NCBI GenBank assembly: GCA_944391135.1
Contig: CALXSL010000010.1
Span: 14,225-78,224 of the forward strand
DNA from: an uncultured Opitutales bacterium
Lineage (GTDB): Bacteria > Verrucomicrobiota > Verrucomicrobiia > Opitutales > Intestinicryptomonadaceae
DNA: 64,000 nucleotides
Reading direction: 5' to 3'
The notes beneath the pieces are model-generated. The model ran no database searches. It was not told the origin of the DNA and worked only from the letters and a program-made list of their open reading frames with translations. Below are positions 1 through 9,273 of this stretch, piece after piece. Every line of letters starts with the position of its first letter. The first letter of the stretch is position 1. The position numbers and the translations under genes are program-made.

Positions 1-1542
1 GAGGAGGGGAACGAGCATGCGGGTTTCGGAAGTGGGCCGTTCGCCTTCGGGGAAAACGCGCGCGGGGTGGTCGCCGGTGACGATGATTACGGAGTTGGGG
101 TATTTCGCGCGTATTTTTTCGATGAACTTTGCAATCCGGCTGTCGGAATACCACATGTGGTTTATAACCTTTTGGTTTTCGGTATCAACCGGGTTCGGAC
201 ATCCGAAAGCTTTCAGGTCTATGTCGAAAGGCGGGTGATTCGAAACCGTGAGAATCAAATTGAAGGAAGGCTTTGAAAAGTCCGTCGCGACAATGCCGTC
301 AAAGAGCTCGTCGTCGCGTATGCCCCATTCGACGTGGCCAAAATCTTTGCTCAATTTTTCCCCGCCTACCACGTTTTTGAAGCCGTTGAGCTTCGCAAAA
401 TTTCCTATGTCGTGCCAGCTCATCTGGCCCGCATAGAAGAAGTTGGTTTCGTACCCGAGCTTTTCCATGTACCCGGCGGGCGAGAACGCGCCGTTGGAAT
501 TTTTGTAAAGGCTCTGGTTGAGTATGCCGGCGAATGGAATGCCGCTTATGAACGAGCACATGGTCGACATCGTGCCGTTGGATACGGTGAGCATGTTGTT
601 CGTGTGCACGGAGCTTTTAGAGAGCCTTTCGAATTCCGGCATCAGGTTGTATTTTTTGAGGCCGTCGAACGTCGGCCACGCCGACAGGCTTTCGCACACG
701 ATAAAAAACACGTGCTCGGGCGGGGATTTCAAAGGGGTTCCCTTGGCGGTTTTCGCAAGCGCCGCAGCGAGATTGCCGCCGCCGTCAGAGCCGAACAGTT
801 CGCGCGAAAAGCCCCTGAGGGCGGCTTTGTCTATTTTGCGGCCGTCAAACTGCACCTCTAGGCATTTTTTGAGCTCGTTTTTCAGGCAGAAAGCCGAAGT
901 GGGCACGAGGTTGTTGAGGAAGTCGGAATCGCACACGATTATGTCGCGCATCTGGAGCGGACGCCCGGAGAGCCTGCCGCCGCGTATGAGGACGACACCC
1001 GCGAAAACCATCACCAAAGCAACCGCAATTTTCGCCGGGAACTTCTTAAAGACGGCCGGAGTTTCAATGTTGTCCGTAAGTTTGAAAACCTTCGAAGTTA
1101 TGAATGCGGAAGCGACGAGCGCGACAAGAAGCCCGGCGGAAATGAGGGGAATGTTGTAGGTTTTCCATATTGTGCCGAATATGGCGCCCAAGTCGTCGAA
1201 AAACAGGCCTTGAATCCAGTAGTTGTACTGGCTGTGGTATTCGCGAAAAAAACCTATGTTGACCGACGCGATGGCGATCGCGGCGAATATTGCGAAGCTT
1301 ATGTAAAACTTTTTAAGCGCGCGCAGTTTGAATTTTGTAAAGGCGGCCAAGGCGGTCATCACAAGCGCGGGTATCGCGAAATACGTGGCAACGACAAAGT
1401 CGAATCGCGTGGACATGACAAACCACTGGAACGTGGGATGGGTGTTTTCGGGCGCGAAAACGGCGAGCAGCGCGAGCCTGCCCGCCAGAAAAACCGCCCA
1501 GACGGCGGCAAACAAATATGCGTCCCTTAAAATATTTTTCAT
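1..1542 (-). CDS. LTA synthase / sulfatase-family membrane protein (C-terminus lies beyond window edge)
   Basis: Absent from the ORF track because it runs off the edge. Own translation from ATG 1542 gives a multi-TM N-terminus, then sulfatase-type motifs FFIVCESLSAWP, EWGIRDDELF, TVSNHPPFD, IVTGDHP. The frame stays open to base 1. Confidence 0.7.
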   Translation of the reverse strand, partial: MKNILRDAYLFAAVWAVFLAGRLALLAVFAPENTHPTFQWFVMSTRFDFVVATYFAIPALVMTALAAFTKFKLRALKKFYISFAIFAAIAIASVNIGFFREYHSQYNYWIQGLFFDDLGAIFGTIWKTYNIPLISAGLLVALVASAFITSKVFKLTDNIETPAVFKKFPAKIAVALVMVFAGVVLIRGGRLSGRPLQMRDIIVCDSDFLNNLVPTSAFCLKNELKKCLEVQFDGRKIDKAALRGFSRELFGSDGGGNLAAALAKTAKGTPLKSPPEHVFFIVCESLSAWPTFDGLKKYNLMPEFERLSKSSVHTNNMLTVSNGTMSTMCSFISGIPFAGILNQSLYKNSNGAFSPAGYMEKLGYETNFFYAGQMSWHDIGNFAKLNGFKNVVGGEKLSKDFGHVEWGIRDDELFDGIVATDFSKPSFNLILTVSNHPPFDIDLKAFGCPNPVDTENQKVINHMWYSDSRIAKFIEKIRAKYPNSVIIVTGDHPARVFPEGERPTSETRMLVPLL

Positions 1543-1608
1543 GGCTTTAAAAACTCAAGGATTAGCATTTTTAGCCTGGGTTTAAAACAAAAAATGCGCG
1601 CAGCGGCC

Positions 1609-2841
1609 TCATTGCTGCTTTTTCTTCTTCTTTTTTGCAGCAGGGCCGAAAATGTCGCTCCATGCGACCGCGCCGCGGCTTATGCTTCCGCGCCCGAATT
1701 TTTCGCGCACCTTTTCCATGGCATCCTGCACGTTCTTCCTTTTCTGGCGCGTCACGTTTTCCTCGTCGAATACCGACATCTGGGTGCTGGCGCTCGACGC
1801 GGGGATAAGCCCCGTAACGGATATGCCAAGAAGCCGCACAGGGGAGTCGATATCCCATTCGCGCATGATTATCTTCATGGAGGCGTCGGCGATATCGCCC
1901 GCAAGGTTGGTCGGGTTCTCGACGGTGGTCTGGCGCGTTATACAGTGGAACTGCGGGTCTTTTATCGCAACCTGCACGACGGAGCCCTTGAAGCCCTTGC
2001 GGCGCAGGCGAGCCGACACGGTTTCGGAAAGGTCTATGACGGCCGCTCGGATTTCCTCCATGCCGGAAATGTCCCTGTGATAGGTTACGGAATTGCCCAC
2101 GGACTTCGCGTCGTCGCTCTCACCCGCAAAGGCCACTTCGCTTTCGGAAAGTCCGTTCGCGGCCTCGTAGAGGTATCCGCCATGCGCGCCGAACTTGCGT
2201 TCGAGCAGCTTTTTGTCAGTCGCGGCGAGCTCTCCTATGGTGAGCACGCGCATGCGCCGCAGGGATTCCGCCGTGCGCTTCCCGACAAACAGCAGGCTGG
2301 ACACGTCGAGCGGCCAGACTATTTCCCGGAAGTTTTCGCGCGAGATTAGCGTCGTGGCGTCTGGCTTTTTGTAGTCGCTGCCCAGTTTCGAAAATACCTT
2401 GTTGAACGAGACGCCCACAGACACGGTAAGCCCAAGCTCCTCCCTGACGGTTTTCCTGATTTTGTCGGCAATTTCCACGCCGCTTCCGAAAAGCTTGCGG
2501 CTTCCCGACACGTCGAGCCAAGACTCGTCAAGCCCGAAAGGCTCGACTTTGTTCGTAAAGCGCGAATATATCTCGTTAACCTTCTTGGAATACTCGCCGT
2601 AGACGCCGTGGCGCGCGGGCACGAGCACGAGCTTCGGGCATTTGCGCTTCGCCTGCCATATGGTCTCGGCGGTCTGTATGCCGAACTTTTTCGCCGGCTC
2701 ATTTTTGGCGAGGATTATGCCGTGCCTGTTCTCGGGATTACCCGAAACCGCCATCGGCACGCGCCTAAGCTCGGGGCGGAAAATGCATTCGACCGAGGCG
2801 TAAAATCCGTTGAGGTCGCAGTGGAGGATTGATTCGTCCAT
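1609..2841 (-). CDS. dinB: DNA polymerase IV (Y-family)
   Basis: ORF 1609..2991. The conserved N-terminus MDESILHCDLNGFYASVE starts at ATG 2841, just after the upstream stop. The rest is typical ImpB/UmuC-type sequence. Confidence 0.85.
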   Translation of the reverse strand: MDESILHCDLNGFYASVECIFRPELRRVPMAVSGNPENRHGIILAKNEPAKKFGIQTAETIWQAKRKCPKLVLVPARHGVYGEYSKKVNEIYSRFTNKVEPFGLDESWLDVSGSRKLFGSGVEIADKIRKTVREELGLTVSVGVSFNKVFSKLGSDYKKPDATTLISRENFREIVWPLDVSSLLFVGKRTAESLRRMRVLTIGELAATDKKLLERKFGAHGGYLYEAANGLSESEVAFAGESDDAKSVGNSVTYHRDISGMEEIRAAVIDLSETVSARLRRKGFKGSVVQVAIKDPQFHCITRQTTVENPTNLAGDIADASMKIIMREWDIDSPVRLLGISVTGLIPASSASTQMSVFDEENVTRQKRKNVQDAMEKVREKFGRGSISRGAVAWSDIFGPAAKKKKKKQQ

Positions 2842-2845
2842 TGTA

Positions 2846-3586
2846 TTACCTCGCCACTGAAAATACTTCCGAACCCTCTTTGGAAAGCCGCGCGTCCAGG
2901 CTTTTGGCGTTGGGCAGAAGCCTGTTGAGGAAAATCCAAAACGACACCGAATGGTCCATGAAGCGCACGTGGGCGAGCTCGTGGCAGACAATGTAATCCT
3001 GCAGTTCGCAGGGCAGCAGAACCATGCGCCAGTTGAAGGACAGCGTACCCGTGGACGAGCGCGACGCCCACCTGCTCGACTGCCCGCGCACGCTTATGCG
3101 CCCGAAGCCCATGCCGGTCTCGTCGGAATGCCTTTTGGCAAGCGCGGAAATTTTCTCGGCGGCGTATTTCAAAAAGGTCTTTTGAAGCGATCTTTCCGCG
3201 TCGGCTTCGTCGTACGCGAAAACGACCCCGCACGCATTCGCGTCCTCCACAAAAAATCCCCCCGACCTTGAGGGTTTGAGCCATATGCGGAATTTTTTGC
3301 CGTCGGCGTAAACAAACGGATTTTCCGAAAGATATCCCAGAAGCGAAAGCGGGGGCTTGAACGAATCAAGGCGCTTTTCGAGCCACGCTGCGTTGGACAA
3401 AAGGAACTCGCGCGCGGCGGCCTTTGACGCCCTCGATGGCTTTGAGACGACAACCCTGCCGCTGCCGGCAACCCACATGCGGAAATTGCGCGAGCGCGGC
3501 GAGCTTTTTATCTGCACGACAATGTCGCGCGGCCCGTTTTTGGTTTCGAGCCTCACACTTTCGTCCTCTGCGCCGCAATCCCGCAT
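2846..3586 (-). CDS. YgjP-like (DUF45/M48-type) metal-dependent hydrolase
   Basis: 246-aa ORF with the C-terminal HExxH context YIVCHELAHVRFMDHS, typical of the YgjP family. Confidence 0.7.
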   Translation of the reverse strand: MRDCGAEDESVRLETKNGPRDIVVQIKSSPRSRNFRMWVAGSGRVVVSKPSRASKAAAREFLLSNAAWLEKRLDSFKPPLSLLGYLSENPFVYADGKKFRIWLKPSRSGGFFVEDANACGVVFAYDEADAERSLQKTFLKYAAEKISALAKRHSDETGMGFGRISVRGQSSRWASRSSTGTLSFNWRMVLLPCELQDYIVCHELAHVRFMDHSVSFWIFLNRLLPNAKSLDARLSKEGSEVFSVAR

Positions 3587-3589
3587 CCG

Positions 3590-4210
3590 TTATTTTTCGG
3601 ATTCTTTCCTGATTTCTAAAATGTAGTCCCTGAGCGCGGCCTCGGGCTCAATCTTGCTTTTGGCGGCCTCGCGCACGAGCTCGAACATCTTCTTTCCAAG
3701 CTCCTTTTCCTTTGAAGTCTGTCCGCACGCCGCAACGCCGTCCAAAAGCTCCGGCGGGGCTTTTTTGGCGATGTCGTAGGCATAGCGCAGCGCGGAAAGC
3801 TGCGGAGGTATTCCGTCGAAAAGCGCTCCCACAACCCTCTCTTTTTTCTCCTTCGCCTTGACGTCCTTCCAAATTTTCAAAACGTCGTCGCTGCTCTCGG
3901 CACTGAGGCCGGAAAACACGTGCGGGTGGCGGCGCACAAGCTTGTCGTTGAGCTCGGCAATAACGTCGTCGAGGCAAAAATCGCCCTGCTCCGCCGCGAT
4001 TTCGGCGTGCAGGGCTATGTGCAAAAGAATGTCGCCCAATTCCTCGCGCATTTTTGCGGGATCTTCAAGGTCTATGGCTTCGAGCAGTTCGGCGCATTCC
4101 TCCACAAGGTGCCCGCGTATGCTCTTGTGCGTCTGCTCCCTGTCCCACGGGCAGCCGTCGGGCGCGCGCAATGCTTTGACAATTTCAACAAGTCTGTCGG
4201 CTGAATTCAT
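3590..4210 (-). CDS. mazG: MazG nucleoside triphosphate pyrophosphohydrolase
   Basis: 206 aa. LRAPDGCPWDREQTHKSIRGHLVEECAELLEAI and RHPHVF motifs. Confidence 0.85.
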   Translation of the reverse strand: MNSADRLVEIVKALRAPDGCPWDREQTHKSIRGHLVEECAELLEAIDLEDPAKMREELGDILLHIALHAEIAAEQGDFCLDDVIAELNDKLVRRHPHVFSGLSAESSDDVLKIWKDVKAKEKKERVVGALFDGIPPQLSALRYAYDIAKKAPPELLDGVAACGQTSKEKELGKKMFELVREAAKSKIEPEAALRDYILEIRKESEK

Positions 4211-4304
4211 AAGAACAGAATCTACCCCTATGCGCGGGCTTTGAAAGAATTTTTTATTAAAAATATTGCCCTATGGGGCATAAGTTGCGAAAATACTTTA
4301 ATAT

Positions 4305-5150
4305 ATGGATAAAAACGGACAGTTGAGCCCGTCGCAGACGACGGAGCTCTTGCGCGAGCTTGAGCACGCCCCTGTGAAGAAACTCGGGCAGAACTTTCTG
4401 GTGGACTCCAACATCGTCAGGAAATCGCTCGAACTCGCAGACGTCCGCGAAGGCGACAATGTCGTCGAAGTCGGCCCGGGGCTCGGAACGCTCACGGGCG
4501 CGCTGCTCGGGCGCGGGGCGAACGTTTATGCGGTCGAGCTTGACCGGACGCTTTTCGCGTTCCTTTCAAAACATTTCGAAGGCCGCGAACGCCTGAACCT
4601 GATAAACGCGGACGCTGTGGATTTCCCGCTGGCCGCGCTGCCCGAAGAAAAGGCGGCGGATTTCAAGATAGTGGCCAACCTGCCCTACGCGATAAGCACG
4701 CCATGGCTCGACAGGGTTTTGTCGGGGCCGCTGCCCAAGGCAATGTCGCTCATGCTGCAGAAGGAAGCCGCGCTGCGCTTTTCTGCGCGGCGCGACAGCG
4801 GCGAGTACTCGCCCATATCGATATGCCTGGGCGAAGCGTACGATGTCCTGCCGCCGCACAAGGTTTCGGCCGCATGCTTCCACCCGCGCCCGAACGTGGA
4901 CTCCATGCTTCTGGCGCTGAGGCTCAAACCCGACGCCTACGTTTTCTCGCCCAAGACCAAAACCCTGATGCGCAAGGTGTTTTCAAAGCGCCGCAAGCAG
5001 ATAGGCTCCATAGCCAAGAGCGCGTGCGAAGACGCCGAAATCCTTCTAAAATGGATTGAGCAAAGCCCCGGGCTCGCCCCCGAACGCCGTCCCGAAACGA
5101 TAGAGGCGGCGCATTGGAAGACCCTCGACAGAATGGGGGGCGAACTGTGA
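4305..5150 (+). CDS. rsmA: 16S rRNA (adenine1518/1519-N6)-dimethyltransferase
   Basis: 281 aa. LGQNFLVD, VVEVGPGLGTLT (SAM site), ANLPYAISTP. Confidence 0.9.
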   Translation: MDKNGQLSPSQTTELLRELEHAPVKKLGQNFLVDSNIVRKSLELADVREGDNVVEVGPGLGTLTGALLGRGANVYAVELDRTLFAFLSKHFEGRERLNLINADAVDFPLAALPEEKAADFKIVANLPYAISTPWLDRVLSGPLPKAMSLMLQKEAALRFSARRDSGEYSPISICLGEAYDVLPPHKVSAACFHPRPNVDSMLLALRLKPDAYVFSPKTKTLMRKVFSKRRKQIGSIAKSACEDAEILLKWIEQSPGLAPERRPETIEAAHWKTLDRMGGEL

Positions 5151-5953
5151 AAATCCTGCTGATGCTGGCAATAGGCTTCGCCGTCGCATACGCGCTGATA
5201 CTGCTTTTTGCGCGCTTCTTTGCGCACGTCATAATATTCCCCGCGCCCGCGCCAACATATGCCGCAGGGAGTGAAAACGTGTTTTTCAAGCTGGAAGACG
5301 GCACGGACATCGCCGGGCTATACCTTCCTGCCGAGAATTCGAAATACTGCGTGATATACAGCCACGGCAACGGCGAAGACCTAGGCATGATAGAGCCTAT
5401 TCTGCGCACATTCCAGGCGACGGGCGTTTCGGTGCTCGGCTACGACTATGTGGGATACGGCCTGAGCAAGGGAAAGCCCAGCGAGAAAAAGCTTTACGAA
5501 GCAGCCGATGCCGCATGGAAATACGCTACCGAAGTTTTGAAATTCGACGAGAATGACATTGTGCTGTTCGGCTACTCCCTCGGCAGCGCGCCCGCAACCC
5601 ACCTTGCGGCAAGGCACCCCAATGCGCGCGCTCTCATAATCTCGGGCGGCGTCGCGAAGGGCGTCTACGCCATACTGCCCTGGAACATAGTCCCGTGGGA
5701 CATCCTCAACAACGTCTCGCGCATCGAAAAGACAAAGGCGCCCATACTGTTCCTGCACGGCACCCGTGACAGGATAGTGCCGCCGCGCAACGCCCGCATG
5801 AATTTCGCGGCGGCGAAGTCGCCCGCCCGCCTCGTGTGGCTCGACGACACGGGGCATCTGGAGCTCTCGGAATCCGACGGCTACTGGACTGAAATTTTAA
5901 ACTTTATAAAAACCCCTACTGATGAAAAAAGCACTGGTAATATTGTTCGATAA
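5147..5953 (+). CDS. alpha/beta hydrolase with N-terminal membrane anchor
   Basis: ORF 5114..5953. GTG 5147 overlaps the rsmA stop (GTGA). HGNGEDLG and the nucleophile elbow GYSLGS are present. The start codon is uncertain (5114/5147/5162). Confidence 0.7.
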   Translation: MKILLMLAIGFAVAYALILLFARFFAHVIIFPAPAPTYAAGSENVFFKLEDGTDIAGLYLPAENSKYCVIYSHGNGEDLGMIEPILRTFQATGVSVLGYDYVGYGLSKGKPSEKKLYEAADAAWKYATEVLKFDENDIVLFGYSLGSAPATHLAARHPNARALIISGGVAKGVYAILPWNIVPWDILNNVSRIEKTKAPILFLHGTRDRIVPPRNARMNFAAAKSPARLVWLDDTGHLELSESDGYWTEILNFIKTPTDEKSTGNIVR

Positions 5954-6467
5954 GGTGGAGGAGCTCGAAGCGGTCGCCCCCATTGACATTTTAAGGCGCG
6001 CGGGCGTGGACGTTACGACGGCCTCGCTGCACGACGAGCTGCAAATAGTCGGAAGGAGCGGAATCGCCATGGACTGCGACGAACTTTTCGACGAGGCGCG
6101 CGGCTCCTTCTACGACGCCATAATCCTGCCCGGCGGCCCGGGAACATACGAACACATCGGCTTCGAACCGCTTTTGAAGGCGCTCAAAGACCAGCACGAC
6201 GCCGGCAGGCTTGTGGCGGCAATCTGCGCCGCCCCGCTCCTGCTTGAAGAGGCGGGAATCCTTGAAGGGCGCAAATGCACCGCGCACACTTCCGTAATTG
6301 GAAAGCTCAAAAACTGCGACTCCTCCGCGCCCGTCGTGACAGACGGAAACGTGATAACATCGCGCGGCGCGGGCACGGCGGTTGAATTCGCCCTCGCCGT
6401 ACTGGAACGGCTTGAAGGGCCCGAATCCGCGGCGGAAGTCGCCGCGTCAATCTGCTTTGGAGGCTAA
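5922..6467 (+). CDS. DJ-1/PfpI family protein
   Basis: 181 aa. AIILPGGPG and the nucleophile context VAAICAAPLLL. Confidence 0.85.
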   Translation: MKKALVILFDKVEELEAVAPIDILRRAGVDVTTASLHDELQIVGRSGIAMDCDELFDEARGSFYDAIILPGGPGTYEHIGFEPLLKALKDQHDAGRLVAAICAAPLLLEEAGILEGRKCTAHTSVIGKLKNCDSSAPVVTDGNVITSRGAGTAVEFALAVLERLEGPESAAEVAASICFGG

Positions 6468-6472
6468 CAGAC

Positions 6473-7915
6473 ATGCGCGACGAAGACGTAGTTATTAAAA
6501 CGGAACGCCACGGCAGCGAACGCCTGCTCGTATGGAACGTAGTGGCGATGGTGCTCGTGCCCTCCCTTCTTTTTTCCGGTCATTCGGCCCTGTCCGTCGG
6601 GCTTTTCATCGCCCTTGGCATTCTCGCGCCGATAAACGTGGTTGTCTACAAGCGCGTATGGCTCGACGCACCAAGGTTCAACACGCAGAAATATTTTCTC
6701 GCGCTCGTGCCATACCTTATATCTTTGGGCATCGTCTGCGTGGGCGTTGCATCCCCGTCGGTAACCGTCGAGATGATGGACGGCATGGAATATTTCGTGT
6801 TGAACACCGACAACCCCAGCCTGATAACCTCCTCGGCGATTTCGGGGACGCACGCCATACTGGGCGAGCTTGAAATACTGGCGGCGGCGGCGGGCGCGCT
6901 TTCAATATACTTTATAACCGAATCGCGCTTCGTTATGATGAAAATATTCATGATCTGCGCGATAATCGCCGGCTTTCTCGCGCTTTTCGGTTTCGCATAC
7001 GCGTTTGTGAATTCCATAGACATCCTCGAAATGCCCGCGCTCGGGCGCAACTTCTTCTCGACATTTCCAGAGTCCTCGCAGTGGACCGCTTTCGCGCTGC
7101 TGTGGATGGCGGCGTCTTTTGTCGTGGCGTCTTACACATCGCAAAGGTTTTCACCCATGACGATCCTCCTTTCGGCAAGATTCGCCGCTACCGTCGTTGC
7201 CCTGCTGCTGCTCGGGAGCGTATTCTGCTGCGCCACACCGCTTGAGAAGGCGCTGTCGCTGGGTGTCGCGGCTTTCGGTTTTGCTATTCTCGCAGCCGAC
7301 GTCCTGCCAACAAAATCGTCCATGAGGCGGCATGCGCCGGAATCAAAAAGGGTGCGCATGGCCAAAAGCCCGTCGATAATGATAGCGCCCTTTGCGGTTT
7401 ACGCCATACTCGCGGCTTCGGCGGCGGTCGGGGCGGCAGCGGTGTGGCTTTGCAACCTCAGCGGTCCTTCCGAAGAGATTCTCGCCAACGCCCAGCACAG
7501 CAGCGTCATAACCGCCCAAGAGCGCATGGCAATTCTCAGCGACATCAAAGAGCCAATGGAGATGCGTCCCCTCTTCGGCTGGGGCTCGGAATCATTTCCC
7601 ACGGTGTTCAGCTTCTACCAGGGCGTAGATCTCGGCGAAGGCGTATGGTTCACGCCGAAGTCGGATCTGATGGAAAAGCTTTTCGAAAACGGCATTGTGG
7701 GGCTGGCCCTGTCGTTCGCCACGCCGCTGTGTTTCCTGCTGCTGTGGATTTTCAGGCGCCAGTACAGCATACAGTCGGTGCTGCTTTTCGCGGCGCTGGC
7801 GGCGGTTCTTGCGATGTCGGTTTTCGGATCGCCGTTCGCGAGCACCAGCGTGCTCATAAGCTTCTGGGTCGTCATGATGACGGCGTTCAGGTGGGCGAAC
7901 GCGGAGGTACGATAA
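6473..7915 (+). CDS. O-antigen ligase-like polytopic membrane protein
   Basis: 480 aa with many TM segments and a loop PLFGWGSESFPTVFSFYQG resembling the Wzy_C/O-antigen ligase family. Confidence 0.5.
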   Translation: MRDEDVVIKTERHGSERLLVWNVVAMVLVPSLLFSGHSALSVGLFIALGILAPINVVVYKRVWLDAPRFNTQKYFLALVPYLISLGIVCVGVASPSVTVEMMDGMEYFVLNTDNPSLITSSAISGTHAILGELEILAAAAGALSIYFITESRFVMMKIFMICAIIAGFLALFGFAYAFVNSIDILEMPALGRNFFSTFPESSQWTAFALLWMAASFVVASYTSQRFSPMTILLSARFAATVVALLLLGSVFCCATPLEKALSLGVAAFGFAILAADVLPTKSSMRRHAPESKRVRMAKSPSIMIAPFAVYAILAASAAVGAAAVWLCNLSGPSEEILANAQHSSVITAQERMAILSDIKEPMEMRPLFGWGSESFPTVFSFYQGVDLGEGVWFTPKSDLMEKLFENGIVGLALSFATPLCFLLLWIFRRQYSIQSVLLFAALAAVLAMSVFGSPFASTSVLISFWVVMMTAFRWANAEVR

Positions 7916-7967
7916 AAATTTGCGCTTGAAGAAAGCTTAAAAATAAAAATAAAGAATAGCCTTTAAA

Positions 7968-8006
7968 AGCTCGGGTGGCGGAATGGTAGACGCAGCGGAC
8001 TTAAAA
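7968..8006 (+). repeat. attL: 39-bp direct repeat = truncated 5' half of tRNA-Leu(UAA)
   Basis: AGCTCGGGTGGCGGAATGGTAGACGCAGCGGACTTAAAA is identical to 41905-41943. It ends at the last base of the anticodon loop, and the sequence diverges afterwards. Confidence 0.9.
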
Positions 8007-8046
8007 GCTAAGATTCATCCCTTTATTTATGCGGCTTTTACGAAAA

Positions 8047-8068
8047 GTGTTGCAGAAGTGTTGCAGAG
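8047..8068 (+). repeat. Tandem GTGTTGCAGA(A)GTGTTGCAGAG, candidate arm-type integrase site (attL side)
   Basis: The same tandem decamer occurs at 41765-41785 in the same orientation, each within ~140 bp of an att core. Confidence 0.55.
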
Positions 8069-8081
8069 CAAAACAAATTTA

Positions 8082-8351
8082 TTACCTGCCATTTCTCGCA
8101 AATGAAGACGAACTCCGCGCGCCGGGCGGAGGTGTCTTCGCGGCGGCATTTGTGAAAAGGCTGTCATCAATGCCCAGCGCCATGCGTATATAACGGCTGC
8201 GGTTGCGCGGGGCTAATTTTTCAAGTCGTTCCCATTCGGCATCCGTCGCCCTAAACTGCCTTTGCTTGCGCGTCTCCGCCTTAAGCCTTACACCCTTTTT
8301 GTTGCCGGCGCCGACACGTGCACCGCCGCGAGTTGATTTATGCTTATTCAT
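8082..8351 (-). CDS. Small DNA-binding protein, ribbon-helix-helix / MobC-like
   Basis: 89 aa. Basic N-terminus RGGARVGAGNKKG, then FRATDAEWERLEKLA...RSRYIRMAL, typical of an RHH strand-helix-helix. Confidence 0.45.
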   Translation of the reverse strand: MNKHKSTRGGARVGAGNKKGVRLKAETRKQRQFRATDAEWERLEKLAPRNRSRYIRMALGIDDSLFTNAAAKTPPPGARSSSSFARNGR

Positions 8352-8646
8352 TTTCTAAAACAAATTCAGCGCGCCTTTCCTCGCCGTCCTTGTATCCCTT
8401 TTGGGCGAGCCAACGCCAATACGCCGAGGTGTTTAAGGTCTTAACCTCGACGGTGATGCCGTCCGCGCGCAGCGCAGCGGCGACTTTATTTACAAACTCC
8501 GTGTGTTCGGCATTAGACTTCCACCGTTCGGATGGGCGGAAATAGCTCAGGCTTTCATCGTCTTCATAGACGGCCAGAAAGCATGATTTGGACCCCGCAC
8601 AAGCCAGACGTTGCTTTATATACTCAACGTGCTTTGAAATGTCCAT
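8344..8646 (-). CDS. hypothetical protein (moron cassette)
   Basis: 100-aa ORF with ATG 8646, 2 nt after the upstream stop. Its end overlaps the next gene's start by 8 nt. Confidence 0.5.
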   Translation of the reverse strand: MDISKHVEYIKQRLACAGSKSCFLAVYEDDESLSYFRPSERWKSNAEHTEFVNKVAAALRADGITVEVKTLNTSAYWRWLAQKGYKDGEERRAEFVLENE

Positions 8647-8648
8647 GC

Positions 8649-9068
8649 TTACCTCTTTTTCGTGAAGATTTTAAGTTTACGCTCCCAAATGGCAAAACCC
8701 AATACGTTGTCAACTTTTACAACGCTCGATTCTTCGGCACAATCTGAGTATGCGACATTAATCTGCTTGGGATTCTCAAATTTCACAAGCGTAAAAGGCG
8801 CTTTCGGGTTGTACACCTGCCGGCGCGATACAAATTCGGCGTTGGCAAATTCTTCCGCGTCAACGGCGCAAACCTCCGCATTGTTGGTGCCGTCTCCGCA
8901 GAAATTGCTATAAATCTCGCCGTCAATCTTAAATGAGCCAATGTCCGACACCGTAGTAAAGCCAAAAAGCCGTTGCGATTCCACCACCTTATTAAGGGCG
9001 GCCTCCAAGCGGCGGCGTTCAGCCTGCATCTTGTTTCGCATCGAATCGAGCGCGAAGTACTTGAGCAC
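8649..9068 (-). CDS. hypothetical protein (moron cassette)
   Basis: 139-aa ORF with a GTG start at 9068 preceded by GGAGAG. First gene after the late-operon terminator. Confidence 0.5.
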   Translation of the reverse strand: MLKYFALDSMRNKMQAERRRLEAALNKVVESQRLFGFTTVSDIGSFKIDGEIYSNFCGDGTNNAEVCAVDAEEFANAEFVSRRQVYNPKAPFTLVKFENPKQINVAYSDCAEESSVVKVDNVLGFAIWERKLKIFTKKR

Positions 9069-9167
9069 TTCGTAATGCTCTCCATGCTTGCCTCCGCGCG
9101 GCGCAACGCGCGCCTTTTCGTTGAACCCAAATTTTTTTTCAAAGAACTGTTTGATTTTTATGACAAT

Positions 9168-9196
9168 ATAAAAGCCTATTATTGAAAAATTGTCAA
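9168..9196 (-). promoter_or_regulatory. Candidate sigma70-type promoter for the 8082-9068 cassette
   Basis: Minus strand TTGACA (9196..9191), 17 nt spacer, TTTTAT (9173..9168), in an AT-rich gap just downstream of a terminator. Confidence 0.35.
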
Positions 9197-9231
9197 TACA
9201 TTTTTTCTAAAAAAAGTTAAAATATTTTTCA

Positions 9232-9256
9232 CAAAAAAAAGCCCCGAAATGGGGCG
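9232..9256 (-). terminator. Rho-independent terminator ending the late (structural+lysis) operon
   Basis: Minus strand GCCCC-ATTTC-GGGGC followed by T8, about 20 nt after stop codon 9274. Confidence 0.6.
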
Positions 9257-9273
9257 GTGGAAAATTGGGGCTG

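Noticed and set aside
334-1159. Plus-strand ORFs 334..861 and 518..1159.
   Set aside because: They are antisense to the LtaS-like gene, whose translation shows clear sulfatase-family motifs.
7969-8006. A second tRNA gene at the left prophage junction.
   Set aside because: Only the first 38 nt (through the anticodon loop) are present. There is no 3' anticodon stem, variable arm, T arm or acceptor 3' strand, so this is an att duplication.
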